Numbered from the stretch's first letter, positions 30,272 to 40,135 are shown. The stretch is DNA of 52,915 bases from Candidatus Nealsonbacteria bacterium (GCA_003560665.1 PWKK01000028.1:1-52915); one strand, 5' to 3'. The notes: generated by a model not told the origin, from the letters alone. Translations and numbers: made by a program.

Positions 30272-30640
30272 TTAATTTAACAATAACAATGAATACGGGT
30301 CCGTATCCACTCCCATAATATCGGTGATGACCGCCGTAATTCCGTTGGCAACAAGAATAATGGCGAGCCCGATGAGTGTCCATTTTATCATATTGGTTGC
30401 GGTTTTTGCCTTCTCCGGATTACCACCGGCAAAGTAATACATAAGTCCGGCGATTATAAAAATAATGGGAGCAATCATTAAGGCAACATTTCTAATAAAG
30501 CTGATTATCGCGTGGATTAGTTCTCCGAACGTGTCGTATCCAAGCGGATTTGGTATGGTTACCTGACCGATAACAATTATCGGAACGAGCAACAATAAAA
30601 GAACTGTTGTTACTTGTAAGCTTTTCTTATATCTTTTCAT
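30272..30640 (-). CDS. TrbC/VirB2-like pilin-family membrane protein
   Basis: IPNPL, AGLMYYFAGGNPEKAKTATNMIKWTLIGLAIIL; start moved to ATG 30640. Confidence 0.75.
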   Translation of the reverse strand: MKRYKKSLQVTTVLLLLLVPIIVIGQVTIPNPLGYDTFGELIHAIISFIRNVALMIAPIIFIIAGLMYYFAGGNPEKAKTATNMIKWTLIGLAIILVANGITAVITDIMGVDTDPYSLLLLN

Positions 30641-31121
30641 AAAAATTTGCGAAGTGATTTTTCCCCGCATTAAATTTTTTAATTTTTAGGAAACCGTTTT
30701 CTTTTATCTCTTTTTCTATCAACTCTTCCGCGCTATCTCCCGTGACCATATCAACAACCAGCAAACGTCCTCTTTTCTTAAGAACACGGTGCCCCTCCGT
30801 GATAACACTTCTTTTATCTTCTACTTGAAAAAGAAGATTAGACATAATGACCAGTTCAAAATATTCATTCTGTAAGTCGGTTCCTCTTTCTACGTCACGG
30901 TGTAATGTGCGGATGTTATAAACTTTTTCCATCTCTGCGCTGCTCTTGAGTGCCGAAAGTGCTTCCTTTAAAACATCTATTGCGTATATTTTCCCACATT
31001 TTATTTTTTTTGCAAGGGGAATAACCCATCCACCCGAACCACAACCGAAATCCGCAACATTCATCTCTTCTTCTAGTGGAAGTTCGTTGATTATTTTTCG
31101 AGGATTTAAAAAATCACTCAT
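30627..31121 (-). CDS. class I SAM-dependent methyltransferase
   Basis: Motif I VADFGCGSG, IYAID, VLKKRGRLLVVD. Confidence 0.9.
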   Translation of the reverse strand: MSDFLNPRKIINELPLEEEMNVADFGCGSGGWVIPLAKKIKCGKIYAIDVLKEALSALKSSAEMEKVYNIRTLHRDVERGTDLQNEYFELVIMSNLLFQVEDKRSVITEGHRVLKKRGRLLVVDMVTGDSAEELIEKEIKENGFLKIKKFNAGKNHFANFYEKI

Positions 31122-31125
31122 TTTA

Positions 31126-33633
31126 TTACATACAAATTATTGATGCCAACCCGTCACCCTTGTCCATTTTCATCAACCTCACTCCTTGCGTTACGCGTGA
31201 TTGTTCAGATATATTTTTTAGTTCCATTCTAATCGCTTTTCCTTTGCGAGAGATTGCGATGAGGTCTTTTTCTTTTACAATCGTCCTTAGTGAAATAACC
31301 TCCCCCACCTTTTCGCTGTTTTTTATCGTTTTCACTCCCACCCCTCCTCTTTTTTGTGCACGGTAGTTTTTTACTTTTATCCTTTTTCCGTATCCGTTTT
31401 CCGTCATCAAGAGAAGGAATGCTTTTGTCAAATCTTCCTTTTTAATAATAGTCACATCTGCGACCTCATCTCCTTTTCTAATATTTACGCCCTTCACTCC
31501 TCCTGCCTGCCTCCCCATTGTGCGTACATCCTTCTCTCCAAAACGAATGATTTGTCCTTTTTTTGTTACAATCGCTACCTCGTCTTTTCCGGATGTTTTT
31601 CTTACTCGGCAAACCTCGTCGTTTTTTCTTAACGTGATAGCGATAAGTCCGGACCGCCGGATATTACTAAACTCTTTCAACGGTGTTTTTTTGATAACTC
31701 CTTTTTTTGTTACTACCACCAAGTTTTTGTCCTCTTTTTCTTTTTCGGCTTGGGCAACTTCTTGGCTTTCAAGGGGGATAACCGTAAGCACTTTTTCGTT
31801 TGAAGATATCTCTAAAAAGTTCATCAATCCTCTCCCTCTTGCTGCCCGTGCACCCTCGGGGACTTGATAAACGGGCACTCTGAAAACTCTCCCACTATCG
31901 GTAAAAAACAACAAAAAATCGTGGGTCATTGCTTCAATAAAATGGTCGACAACATCATCTTGTCCTGTCTTCATTCCCAACATTCCTTTCCCTCCTCTTT
32001 GTTTAGATTTATAAGTGGAAGGGTTAACTCTTTTGATGTAACCTCCTTGCGTAATAGTGACAATCGTTGGTTCTTGAGGAATAAGATCGAGGTCGTCTGT
32101 CTTTTTCAGTCCTTCTTCGTAAACTTTTGTTTTTCTCTTATCGGCAAACAACTCCTTCATTTCCAAGAGTTCTTTTTTAACAACATTTTCAATCTTTTTC
32201 TTGCTCTTTAAAATAGCCGTAAGCTCTTTGATGATTTTTCTTTTTTCTTCCAATTCGTTTTCTATTTCTTCTCTTTCAAGTTTTGCCAATTTCTGTAACT
32301 TCATCTCCAAGATAGCATTCGCTTGAACTTCGGTAAAATCAAACTTCTTCATCAAATTCTTCTGGGCATCATCTCTGCTTTCGGATTTTTTTATCGTTTT
32401 GATTACTTCATCGATGTGTGAAAGCGCTTTATGCAAACCTTCTAGGATATGCGCTCTTTCTTTTGCTTTTTCCAAATCAAACTTTGTTCTTCTCGTTACC
32501 ACCTCTTTGCGGTGATCAATATAGTGTTGCAAAAGCTCATCAAGACCCATCACTCGTGGCTGTATTCCATCAACAAGAGCAATCATATTGATATGAAATG
32601 TTTCTTGAAGAGAAGAAAAGTTGTAAAGACGATTGAGAATTTTTGCCGGATAAGAGCCCGATTTCAAGTCCAAAACAATACGCATTCCCTCTCTGTCGGA
32701 TTCGTCTCTTATATCTCGCACCCCTTCCAGTTTCTTTTTTTGCACCATTTTTGCAAAGTCTTCCACCAGTTTTGCTTTTCGTACTCGATAAGGTATCTCG
32801 GTGATAATAATCTGGCTTTTTCCTTTTTCTTCAACAATCTCCGCTTTTCCACGAACCGTTATTGATCCTTTTCCCTGAGAGTAAGCGGCAATAATGTCTT
32901 CTTTGTTGTATATCTCTCCTCCGGTCGGAAAATCAGGGCCCTTTACAAAACGAAAAAGGTCTTCCGTGTCCGCCTTAGGGTTGTCAATAAGGTAGATTGA
33001 AGCGTCAATAACCTCTCCTATATTATGTGGAGGGATGTTGGTGGCCATTCCAACGGCAATTCCCAAAGAACCGTTTAAGAGAAGCTGCGGCACCGGAGAA
33101 GGCAGAACAGTAGGCTCTTTTCTTGTCCCGTCGTAGTTAGCGATAAAGTTCACCGTTTCTTTTTGTATGTCTCGAAGCATTGCTTCTCCAATTTTTGACA
33201 ATCTCGCTTCACTGTATCTTTGAGCAGATGGAGGATCTCCATCAACCGAGCCAAAGTTTCCTTGTCCCTGTACGAGAGGATAGCGCATCGAAAAATCTTG
33301 CGCCATAATCACCAAAGAGTTGTATACCGCCATATCTCCGTGAGGGTGGTAGCGGGCCAAACAAGTTCCTACAACGCTTGCCGACTTTCTATACTTCGCG
33401 CTATGCGTTATTCCGTCCTCTCTCATTGTGTATAAAATTCTACGGTGCACCGGTTTCAGCCCGTCACGAACATCGGGAAGAGCCCTTCCAACGATAACAG
33501 ACATCGCATAATCAATATAGGAGTCTTGCATCTCTTGAGTAATGTTTCTTTCTTTTACATAACCAATATCTGCTCCGATTTCTTTTTTCTTTTCGTCTCC
33601 TTCTTTTTTATTTTTGTTGTTCTTCTTCGCCAT
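31126..33633 (-). CDS. gyrA: DNA gyrase subunit A
   Basis: [22 protein letters not shown], catalytic AQRYSEA, GyrA-box-like QRGGKG, beta-pinwheel CTD repeats. Confidence 0.97.
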   Translation of the reverse strand: MAKKNNKNKKEGDEKKKEIGADIGYVKERNITQEMQDSYIDYAMSVIVGRALPDVRDGLKPVHRRILYTMREDGITHSAKYRKSASVVGTCLARYHPHGDMAVYNSLVIMAQDFSMRYPLVQGQGNFGSVDGDPPSAQRYSEARLSKIGEAMLRDIQKETVNFIANYDGTRKEPTVLPSPVPQLLLNGSLGIAVGMATNIPPHNIGEVIDASIYLIDNPKADTEDLFRFVKGPDFPTGGEIYNKEDIIAAYSQGKGSITVRGKAEIVEEKGKSQIIITEIPYRVRKAKLVEDFAKMVQKKKLEGVRDIRDESDREGMRIVLDLKSGSYPAKILNRLYNFSSLQETFHINMIALVDGIQPRVMGLDELLQHYIDHRKEVVTRRTKFDLEKAKERAHILEGLHKALSHIDEVIKTIKKSESRDDAQKNLMKKFDFTEVQANAILEMKLQKLAKLEREEIENELEEKRKIIKELTAILKSKKKIENVVKKELLEMKELFADKRKTKVYEEGLKKTDDLDLIPQEPTIVTITQGGYIKRVNPSTYKSKQRGGKGMLGMKTGQDDVVDHFIEAMTHDFLLFFTDSGRVFRVPVYQVPEGARAARGRGLMNFLEISSNEKVLTVIPLESQEVAQAEKEKEDKNLVVVTKKGVIKKTPLKEFSNIRRSGLIAITLRKNDEVCRVRKTSGKDEVAIVTKKGQIIRFGEKDVRTMGRQAGGVKGVNIRKGDEVADVTIIKKEDLTKAFLLLMTENGYGKRIKVKNYRAQKRGGVGVKTIKNSEKVGEVISLRTIVKEKDLIAISRKGKAIRMELKNISEQSRVTQGVRLMKMDKGDGLASIICM

Positions 33634-33934
33634 TTTTCTCTTTTATTAATTTTTCTTTTTCCTCTTCTTCCAACTGCTCAATCATTTCTTCGTCTATTTC
33701 CCAGGAGCTTGTTATCTCCTCTTTCGCGCTCTGATACATTTCTCTTATTACATCACCTCCCTCTTTTATTCCTTCTGTTGTTTTCTCTGTTTGCGATGAG
33801 GGGAAAAAGCTGAAATCAGCTCTTTCCATCTTTCTTTTTGTCGCAAAAAACTGTATGGAAATTAATGTCACTCCTGCAAAAACCACCAAAAAATAAAAAA
33901 GTGTTTTTCGTTTGTCAAGAAAAGTTTTTTTCAT
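33608..33934 (-). CDS. hypothetical membrane-anchored acidic protein
   Basis: Single N-terminal TM followed by an acidic tail; fills the gap in operon orientation. Confidence 0.65.
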   Translation of the reverse strand: MKKTFLDKRKTLFYFLVVFAGVTLISIQFFATKRKMERADFSFFPSSQTEKTTEGIKEGGDVIREMYQSAKEEITSSWEIDEEMIEQLEEEEKEKLIKEKNGEEEQQK

Positions 33935-33937
33935 TTT

Positions 33938-34615
33938 TTACTTTAAGGGCTTTGATTGAGAAATAAGAGGCACAACTCTCATTTCCCCGTCGGGAAGGTT
34001 TTTCTTCTGCACGGTAAGTTTTTCCTCTGTTGTGGCCTTCTTTTCCCCTATTGCTTTTAAGAATGGGCTTAAATCGTCCAGCTTTATCTTTAATCCCGGT
34101 ATTTTGTAGTGCATCGGAATGACTATTCGTGGCTCGATTTGAGATATTACTTTCGTCGCTTCTTTCGCGTCTACCGTATAGACTCCACCAACCGGAATCA
34201 TAAGCACATCGACTTCCCCGATCTGCCTTAACTGTTCATCCGTTAATTCTTCTTGCCCAAAATCCCCCATGTGACACATCCTCATCTCTTCTGCTTCAAT
34301 GGTGTATATCGTATTCACCCCACGCTCTTCGCCTTTTTTTTTGTCGTGAAAAGAAAAGATACCTTGAATAAAAATATCGTGCATCTCGTACTCTCCGGGA
34401 GATTCGATTACAAAACTGTTTTTTTGGGCTATTTTTTTATTATTATGATCCGCGTGATTGTGCGTAATCAAAATAATGTCCGCCTCGTTTTTGGGCGGTT
34501 TTAATCCCGTGTTTTCGTCGTATGGGTCAATCACCAAAACCGTTGATTGTTTTGATTTTTTTTGCCCCTGAAAAACAACACGGAAACATGATTGTCCGTA
34601 CCAGATTATGTTCAT
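33938..34615 (-). CDS. MBL-fold metallo-hydrolase (lactamase_B_3-like)
   Basis: WYGQSCF, IDPY, LITHNHADHN, CHMGD, VIPMHY. Confidence 0.92.
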   Translation of the reverse strand: MNIIWYGQSCFRVVFQGQKKSKQSTVLVIDPYDENTGLKPPKNEADIILITHNHADHNNKKIAQKNSFVIESPGEYEMHDIFIQGIFSFHDKKKGEERGVNTIYTIEAEEMRMCHMGDFGQEELTDEQLRQIGEVDVLMIPVGGVYTVDAKEATKVISQIEPRIVIPMHYKIPGLKIKLDDLSPFLKAIGEKKATTEEKLTVQKKNLPDGEMRVVPLISQSKPLK

Positions 34616-34698
34616 AAATTAAACTAAAAAGCGTTTTTCTGTTTGCATTTTACCACTCCTCTTGAAAAAATCAAGAAATTGTGTAAAATGGGGAGGCT

Positions 34699-35751
34699 AT
34701 GAAACAACAACTAAAAGAAAAAAACTTACTGGAGATCCCCAAAGAGGGAGATATTGTCGAGGGAAAGATAGTGGGAAAGGGGCGCGCGTCAGCATTTATT
34801 GATCTTGGTCCTTTTGGAACCGGAATTATATACGGGCGTGAGTTTCAACTTACCAAAGACGAACTTAAGGATTCAAAGGACGGAGATATCGTCCAGATAA
34901 AAATCATTTCTTTGGATTCTGAAGATGGATATGTCGAGTGCTCAAGAATACAGGCAAAAAAAGACATGGCGTGGGATGTTCTTGAAAAAACCAAAGAAGA
35001 AGGAGAAACGATTACCGTTAAGATAGAAGGGGCAAACAAAGGAGGTCTTCTTACAAAAATTTCTGGCATTCCTTCGTTTATTCCGTCTTCTCAGCTTTCT
35101 TCAGAAAATTATCCTCGCGTAGAGGGAGGGGACTCTTCAAGAATATTGAAAGAACTACAAAAATTTATCGGAAAAGAAATAAGTGTTCGTATTCTTGATA
35201 TATCAAAAGAAGGGGAAAAGATAATCCTCTCGGAAAAGGCAAAAGAAAAAGAAGAAAAACAGATATCTCTCGACACCTACAAAGAGGGAGATGTTGTTGA
35301 GGGAGAGGTAACGGGAATTGTTGATTTTGGTGCTTTCATTCGCTTTGGAGATGGCGTAGAGGGACTTATTCACATCTCGGAAATGGATTGGAGTTTGGTG
35401 GAAAATCCTCACAACGTGCTAAAAGAAGGGGAAAAGATAAAGGCAGAGATAATAAAAATCACAGATGGAAAGGTCTTTCTTTCTTTAAAATCCCTGAAGA
35501 AAGATCCCTGGAAAGAGGTTCAGAAAAAGTATAAAGAAGGAGATGTTATCCGGGGTGTTGTGTCAAAATTTATTTCTTTTGGAGCTTTTGTCGAGATTGA
35601 AGAGGGCATTCAAGGTCTTTGCCATATTTCTGAATTTCAAACTCGTGAAAAGATGGAAGAATCCTTGGAAATCGGAAAAAACTACGATTTTAAAATTCTT
35701 TCTATTAGCGCTCCCGACCACCGCCTTAGCTTAAGACTGGCAAAAGAGTAA
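34699..35751 (+). CDS. rpsA: 30S ribosomal protein S1 (four S1 domains)
   Basis: Repeated S1 motifs (FGAFIRFGDGVEGLIHISEM; FGAFVEIEEGIQGLCHISE). Confidence 0.88.
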   Translation: MKQQLKEKNLLEIPKEGDIVEGKIVGKGRASAFIDLGPFGTGIIYGREFQLTKDELKDSKDGDIVQIKIISLDSEDGYVECSRIQAKKDMAWDVLEKTKEEGETITVKIEGANKGGLLTKISGIPSFIPSSQLSSENYPRVEGGDSSRILKELQKFIGKEISVRILDISKEGEKIILSEKAKEKEEKQISLDTYKEGDVVEGEVTGIVDFGAFIRFGDGVEGLIHISEMDWSLVENPHNVLKEGEKIKAEIIKITDGKVFLSLKSLKKDPWKEVQKKYKEGDVIRGVVSKFISFGAFVEIEEGIQGLCHISEFQTREKMEESLEIGKNYDFKILSISAPDHRLSLRLAKE

Positions 35752-35831
35752 CACCTTTACCTGTTAAAAAAGAAGGTTGGAGAGGTCCGTCCTCTTCAAT
35801 TTTTTTTGGAAACAAATCCCCCTAGACCTAT

Positions 35832-35860
35832 TTGACCGCTTTTTGCTTTACTATTATAAT
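35832..35860 (+). promoter_or_regulatory. sigma70 promoter for tRNA Arg-His-Arg operon
   Basis: TTGACC, 17 bp, TATAAT, about 20 nt before tRNA-Arg. Confidence 0.75.
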
Positions 35861-35879
35861 ATGAGGAGCAAAAAGAGCC

Positions 35880-35953
35880 CTCTCCGTAGCTCAACTGGAT
35901 AGAGCGACTGCCTTCTAAGCAGTAGGTTGCAGGTTCGAGTCCTGCCGGAGAGA
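35880..35953 (+). tRNA. tRNA-Arg(TCT)
   Basis: Acceptor CTCTCCG/CGGAGAG; loop CT-TCT-AA. Confidence 0.94.
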
Positions 35954-35959
35954 CAAAAT

Positions 35960-36031
35960 GGTGCCCGTAGCTTAGTGGTAAAGCTTTCGGTTGTGGTCCG
36001 AATGTCGCGAGTTCGATTCTCGTCGGGCACC
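35960..36031 (+). tRNA. tRNA-His(GTG)
   Basis: Encoded G-1, acceptor GTGCCCG/CGGGCAC, C73; loop TT-GTG-GT. Confidence 0.93.
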
Positions 36032-36042
36032 CACTTTACAAC

Positions 36043-36115
36043 CTCCTCGTAGCTCAACAGGATAGAGCAATTCCCTCCTAAGGAAAAGATGGGGGTTCAA
36101 GTCCTCCCGAGGAGA
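36043..36115 (+). tRNA. tRNA-Arg(CCT)
   Basis: Acceptor CTCCTCG/CGAGGAG; loop CT-CCT-AA. Confidence 0.92.
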
Positions 36116-36440
36116 CAATGCCTGTAAGGGACTTATCCGCATCAGCAATTTTCAGAATTTTTTTAAAAAAAGATATTGTTTGCTTTCTAAATCGCCTCAC
36201 TTTTACCCACATTTCCCAAAAATATTTGCTTTTTTGAATCGAGGCAAGTAAAGTGTTGCTCAGACTAACTCACAACAAAATAAAGGGTCGATTATACAGG
36301 GAATATTGTGCTCTCTGTAAGTAATAGATACACGGGATAATTCATTTCCTTGCCGAGTAATAATTCCTTTTAGCTCCCGAATAAAGGATATCCACTGAAA
36401 ACGAAATATAGTTATTCCAAGTCTGTTTCCTGCTTGGTCC

Positions 36441-36469
36441 TTTAAAATTATCAACTTTTATGATACTAT
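36441..36469 (+). promoter_or_regulatory. sigma70 promoter immediately before ftsH
   Basis: TTTAAA, 17 bp, TG-A-TACTAT; ATG 8 nt downstream. Confidence 0.55.
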
Positions 36470-36476
36470 CTGTTTG

Positions 36477-38333
36477 ATGAAAAAAATAACAAAAAACTTT
36501 AGTGCCAACGTCCTCTCCTTTATTCTACTACTCTTTGCAGTGGTTGTTTTGTTTGGAATTATTGCTTCCGATTCTTTTCAAGAAGTGGAAAAAATCAGCC
36601 TCAATAATTTGGCAAGCTCCATCAATGAAGAAGAAGTGGAAGAGATTGTCGTTACCGGTTTAAATATCGATGTTTTGTTTAAAGACGAAAGTGTCGCTGT
36701 TGCAAAGAGAGAGCCAGACGTTGCAGTCTTTGAGTCCCTTAAAAACTGGGGAGCGGAAGAAGAAAAAATAAGAGAGATTGGTATCGACTTTCAAGAAGAA
36801 CAAGACTGGTCTTTTGTTTTAACGTTGATGATTATCGCTCTTCCTCTTCTTTTTCTTCTTTTTATCTTCAGTTCTATATTTAAGCAGGCAAAAGGGGGGG
36901 CGATGCAAGCACTTGATTTTTCAAAGGCAAAGGCACGAGTCTTTGGAGAAGAGGGATCTCCTAAGTCCGGTGTTACCTTTGCCGATGTAGCGGGATTAGA
37001 CGAGTCGAAAGAAGAGCTTAAAGAGATTGTTGAGTTTTTAAAAGAACCTGCACGCTTTTTAAAGCTAGGTGCTCGCATACCAAAAGGAATTCTTCTTACC
37101 GGAAGCCCCGGAACAGGGAAAACGCTCATGGCTAGAGCGATTGCCGGAGAGGCAAACGTTCCCTTTTTTGAAATTTCCGGCTCGGAATTTATAGAGCTTT
37201 TTGTCGGAGTTGGATCGGGAAGAGTAAGAGATCTTTTCTCCAATGCAAAGAAAAAACAGCCCTGTATTATTTACATCGACGAACTGGACGCAATTGGCAG
37301 ATCCAGGGGCACAGGACTCGGAGGAGGACATGATGAGAGAGAACAAACTTTAAATCAAATACTTTCAGAAATGGACGGTTTTTCTCAAGATGCACAGATA
37401 GTAGTTCTTGCCAGCACCAACCGCCCCGATGTCTTAGACTCCGCACTTCTTCGTCCAGGACGCTTTGACCGTAAAATAATTCTTGATCTTCCCGACAAAA
37501 AATCACGAAAAAGTGTTTTAAAGATACACACTATAGGAAAGCCTCTCGAGCCAGGAGTAGATCTAAAAGAGGTGGCAGAAAGAACACCCGGTTTTTCAGG
37601 GGCGGATCTCTCCAATCTGGCCAACGAGGCGGCTATTCTTGCTGCAAGGAAACATAAAACAAAGATAGGCCAAAGTGAGTTTTTAGAAGCAATTGAAAAA
37701 GTTCTTTTGGGACCGGAAAGAAAAAGTTATGCAATGAGTCCTAAAGAAAAAGAACTCGGAGCATACCACGAAGCAGGTCATGCCGTGGTTTCTTCCTTTC
37801 TTCCCGACGCAGAACCAGTCCGAAAAATATCTATTGTTGCTCGAGGACAAGCAGGAGGGTACACAATTAAGATTCCTTCTGAAGAAAGCAGGATAAAAAG
37901 AAAATCCGAGTTTCTTTCGGAAATAGCTGTTCTCTTGGGGGGTTACACAACAGAAAAAATAATCTTCGGAGAAGTTTCCACCGGAGCGGTTAACGATCTT
38001 GAAAGAGCTTCCAGTTATGCACGCAAACTGGTTAAAGAGTTTGGAATGTCCTCTTTGGGTCCAATTCATTTTAAGGGAGAGAAAGAGCACGTCTTTCTGG
38101 GAAGAGAGGCCTTTGAAGAAAAAAATTATTCTGAAGAAACCGCTTCAAAGATAGATCACGAAATAGCTTCTTTTATAGAAGAAGCTGTAAAGACCGCAGA
38201 ATCAATTATTAAAAAAAGAAAGAAAATTTTAATCAAAGTGGCGGAAACATTGATAGAAAAAGAAACCCTTGAAAGGAAAGAGTACGAAAAGATTATCGGA
38301 AAAAGAGATACTAAAAAACCTCCAAAAAAGTAG
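36477..38333 (+). CDS. ftsH: ATP-dependent zinc metalloprotease FtsH
   Basis: Two TMs, Walker [44 protein letters not shown]. Confidence 0.97.
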   Translation: MKKITKNFSANVLSFILLLFAVVVLFGIIASDSFQEVEKISLNNLASSINEEEVEEIVVTGLNIDVLFKDESVAVAKREPDVAVFESLKNWGAEEEKIREIGIDFQEEQDWSFVLTLMIIALPLLFLLFIFSSIFKQAKGGAMQALDFSKAKARVFGEEGSPKSGVTFADVAGLDESKEELKEIVEFLKEPARFLKLGARIPKGILLTGSPGTGKTLMARAIAGEANVPFFEISGSEFIELFVGVGSGRVRDLFSNAKKKQPCIIYIDELDAIGRSRGTGLGGGHDEREQTLNQILSEMDGFSQDAQIVVLASTNRPDVLDSALLRPGRFDRKIILDLPDKKSRKSVLKIHTIGKPLEPGVDLKEVAERTPGFSGADLSNLANEAAILAARKHKTKIGQSEFLEAIEKVLLGPERKSYAMSPKEKELGAYHEAGHAVVSSFLPDAEPVRKISIVARGQAGGYTIKIPSEESRIKRKSEFLSEIAVLLGGYTTEKIIFGEVSTGAVNDLERASSYARKLVKEFGMSSLGPIHFKGEKEHVFLGREAFEEKNYSEETASKIDHEIASFIEEAVKTAESIIKKRKKILIKVAETLIEKETLERKEYEKIIGKRDTKKPPKK

Positions 38334-38372
38334 TAAATCTCTCTTTTTTGTGTTATAATATCCCTCACTTAT

Positions 38373-38446
38373 GCGCGTGTAGCTCAGCTGGTGAGAGCGC
38401 AGATCTTATAAGTCTGAGGTCGATGGTTCGAGTCCATCCACGCGCA
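38373..38446 (+). tRNA. tRNA-Ile(TAT)
   Basis: Acceptor GCGCGTG/CACGCGC + A73; anticodon stem CAGAT/GTCTG with loop CT-TAT-AA; TG-T-TATAAT at 38351-38359 upstream. Confidence 0.9.
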
Positions 38447-38500
38447 CAGAGCTGGTCTTTTTCATTATAGGGTAGTATTGAAAGAAACAAATAGTTGTCC

Positions 38501-38577
38501 GGGCGCGTAGCTCAGTTGGCCAGAGCGTCTGCTCGACACGCAGAAGGTCCCCCGTTCAAGTCGGGGCGCGCCCACCA
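38501..38577 (+). tRNA. tRNA-Val(GAC)
   Basis: Acceptor GGGCGCG/CGCGCCC + A + CCA; loop TC-GAC-AC. Confidence 0.92.
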
Positions 38578-38601
38578 CACCTTAAACAAAACTCAAGAAA
38601 C

Positions 38602-39288
38602 ATGACTGAAATAATATACGAGAGTAAAGATGTTATCGCGGTAAACAAGCCTCCGGGAGTGATTGTTTTTCGCCAATCAGAAAACGATCAAAAAAACATA
38701 TCTCTTTCTCTTCTTCTCGCTGTTAAATTTCCAGAAATTAATGGTGTTGGGGGAGAAAGAAACGGCGCTGTCCACAGAGTAGATAAAGACACCTCCGGGG
38801 TTGTACTTTTTGCCAAAAACGAAAAAGCACTTTCCTTTTTGCAGGGCCAGCTACTTGAACAAAAAGCAGAAAAAAGGTATATTACTCTCGTCTTTAAGGC
38901 ATTAAGAGAAGATGAGGGTGAAGTTTGCACTTTCATGACTCGTTCACCGAAAGACAGAAGAAAACAAAAAGCATACGAGGGGGTCTCGGGAAAAAGAAAG
39001 GCTGTTACTTTTTTTAGGGTAATTAAGAGATTTCAGGAACACTCTCTTTTAGAAGTTATACCGAAGACCGGGAGAAAGCATCAGATAAGATGCCACCTCT
39101 CTTTCCTCGGACACCCGATTGCGGGAGACAAGCTTTATCGCTTCAAAGATCAAAAGGATCCTGAAGGATTAGAAAGGCAATTTCTTCACGCAAAATCAAT
39201 TAAAATCACTGTTCCCGGAGGAGAGAAAAAAATATTTTCAGCACCGCTTCCGGATGACTTAGAAAAAATTTTAAATCAATTACCATAA
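38602..39288 (+). CDS. RluA/RluD-family pseudouridine synthase (no S4 domain)
   Basis: VNKPPG, VHRVDKDTSG catalytic Asp, TGRKHQIR, GHPIAGDKLY, LHA. Confidence 0.93.
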   Translation: MTEIIYESKDVIAVNKPPGVIVFRQSENDQKNISLSLLLAVKFPEINGVGGERNGAVHRVDKDTSGVVLFAKNEKALSFLQGQLLEQKAEKRYITLVFKALREDEGEVCTFMTRSPKDRRKQKAYEGVSGKRKAVTFFRVIKRFQEHSLLEVIPKTGRKHQIRCHLSFLGHPIAGDKLYRFKDQKDPEGLERQFLHAKSIKITVPGGEKKIFSAPLPDDLEKILNQLP

Positions 39289-39299
39289 GCTAAATAAAT

Positions 39300-39632
39300 A
39301 TGTCTGTTAAATTGGATGAATTCAAAAAAGCGCAAGAAAAAAAAGTTTTTCCAAGTTTAAAAACGGGAAACACTGTTAAAGTCACTCAAAAGATAAACGG
39401 AAAAACCCAATCTTTTGAAGGACTTGTTGTCGCCAAAAAACACGGAAAAGGCCTTTCGGGAACAGTTACCTTAAGAAAGGTTATTGATAAGGTGGGAGTA
39501 GAAAAGATTTTTCCTCTTCACTCTCCAACCATTGAAAAGGTAGAAGTGGTGAAAGAAGGAAAGACAAGAAAAAGAAAAATTTACTACATTCGAGAGAAAA
39601 CAAAGAAGGTGGCCAGAAAGAAAATCAAGTAA
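39300..39632 (+). CDS. rplS: 50S ribosomal protein L19
   Basis: GNTVKV, QSFEGLVV, VGVEKIFPLHSP, KIYYIRE. Confidence 0.95.
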   Translation: MSVKLDEFKKAQEKKVFPSLKTGNTVKVTQKINGKTQSFEGLVVAKKHGKGLSGTVTLRKVIDKVGVEKIFPLHSPTIEKVEVVKEGKTRKRKIYYIREKTKKVARKKIK

Positions 39633-39644
39633 TTTCTTTCTTTT

Positions 39645-39730
39645 GCGCGGGTGGTGGAACTTGGTAGACACGCTACGTTGAGGTCGTAGTGCCCGTTTAG
39701 GGCTTGGAGGTTCGAGTCCTCTCCCGCGCA
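39645..39730 (+). tRNA. tRNA-Leu(GAG)
   Basis: Acceptor GCGCGGG/CCCGCGC; loop TT-GAG-GT; long variable arm. Confidence 0.93.
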
Positions 39731-39739
39731 CAAGACCGA

Positions 39740-39812
39740 GGACGGTTAGCTCAATTGGCAGAGCATCTCGCTTACATCGAGGGGGTTGCAGGTTCGAGTC
39801 CTGCACCGTCCA
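39740..39812 (+). tRNA. tRNA-Val(TAC)
   Basis: Acceptor GGACGGT/ACCGTCC; loop CT-TAC-AT. Confidence 0.93.
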
Positions 39813-39834
39813 CCCCGAAAATAAATAAACGGGC

Positions 39835-39909
39835 GCCGCGGTAGCTCAGTGGTAGAGCGTCTCTCTGAAAAAGAGAAAGTCGTCGGTTCAATTCCGACTC
39901 GCGGCACCA
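39835..39909 (+). tRNA. tRNA-Phe(GAA)
   Basis: Acceptor GCCGCGG/TCGCGGC + A + CCA; loop CT-GAA-AA. Confidence 0.93.
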
Positions 39910-39914
39910 TTTAT

Positions 39915-39986
39915 GCGGGTGTGGTATAGTGGCTATTACACGTCCTTGCCAAGGACGAGATGGCGGTTCAACTCCGCTCACCCGCT
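39915..39986 (+). tRNA. tRNA-Gly(GCC)
   Basis: Acceptor GCGGGTG/CACCCGC + U73; loop TT-GCC-AA. Confidence 0.93.
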
Positions 39987-40004
39987 CAAAATCACAAAAA
40001 ATCC

Positions 40005-40033
40005 TTGACTAATTTTGCTTACTGTGATAAGAT
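40005..40033 (+). promoter_or_regulatory. possible sigma70 promoter upstream of the 3D-domain gene
   Basis: TTGACT, 17 bp, TG-A-TAAGAT. Confidence 0.5.
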
Positions 40034-40041
40034 GGAGCAAC

Positions 40042-40065
40042 CTCCCTCGGAAAAGGGAGTTTTTT
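40042..40065 (+). terminator. terminator-like hairpin (tRNA operon terminator or attenuator)
   Basis: CTCCCT-CGGAAA-AGGGAG followed by TTTTTT. Confidence 0.65.
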
Positions 40066-40135
40066 ATTTACTAAGTAAACGAAATTAATACAATCTCAAC
40101 AGAATTTTATCTTCTGTTGAAAATATATAGCTGTT

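Noticed and set aside
29517-30640. Conjugative element or T4SS island
   Set aside because: Only VirB2-like pilins are present; no ATPase, coupling protein, relaxase, integrase or att repeats in the window.
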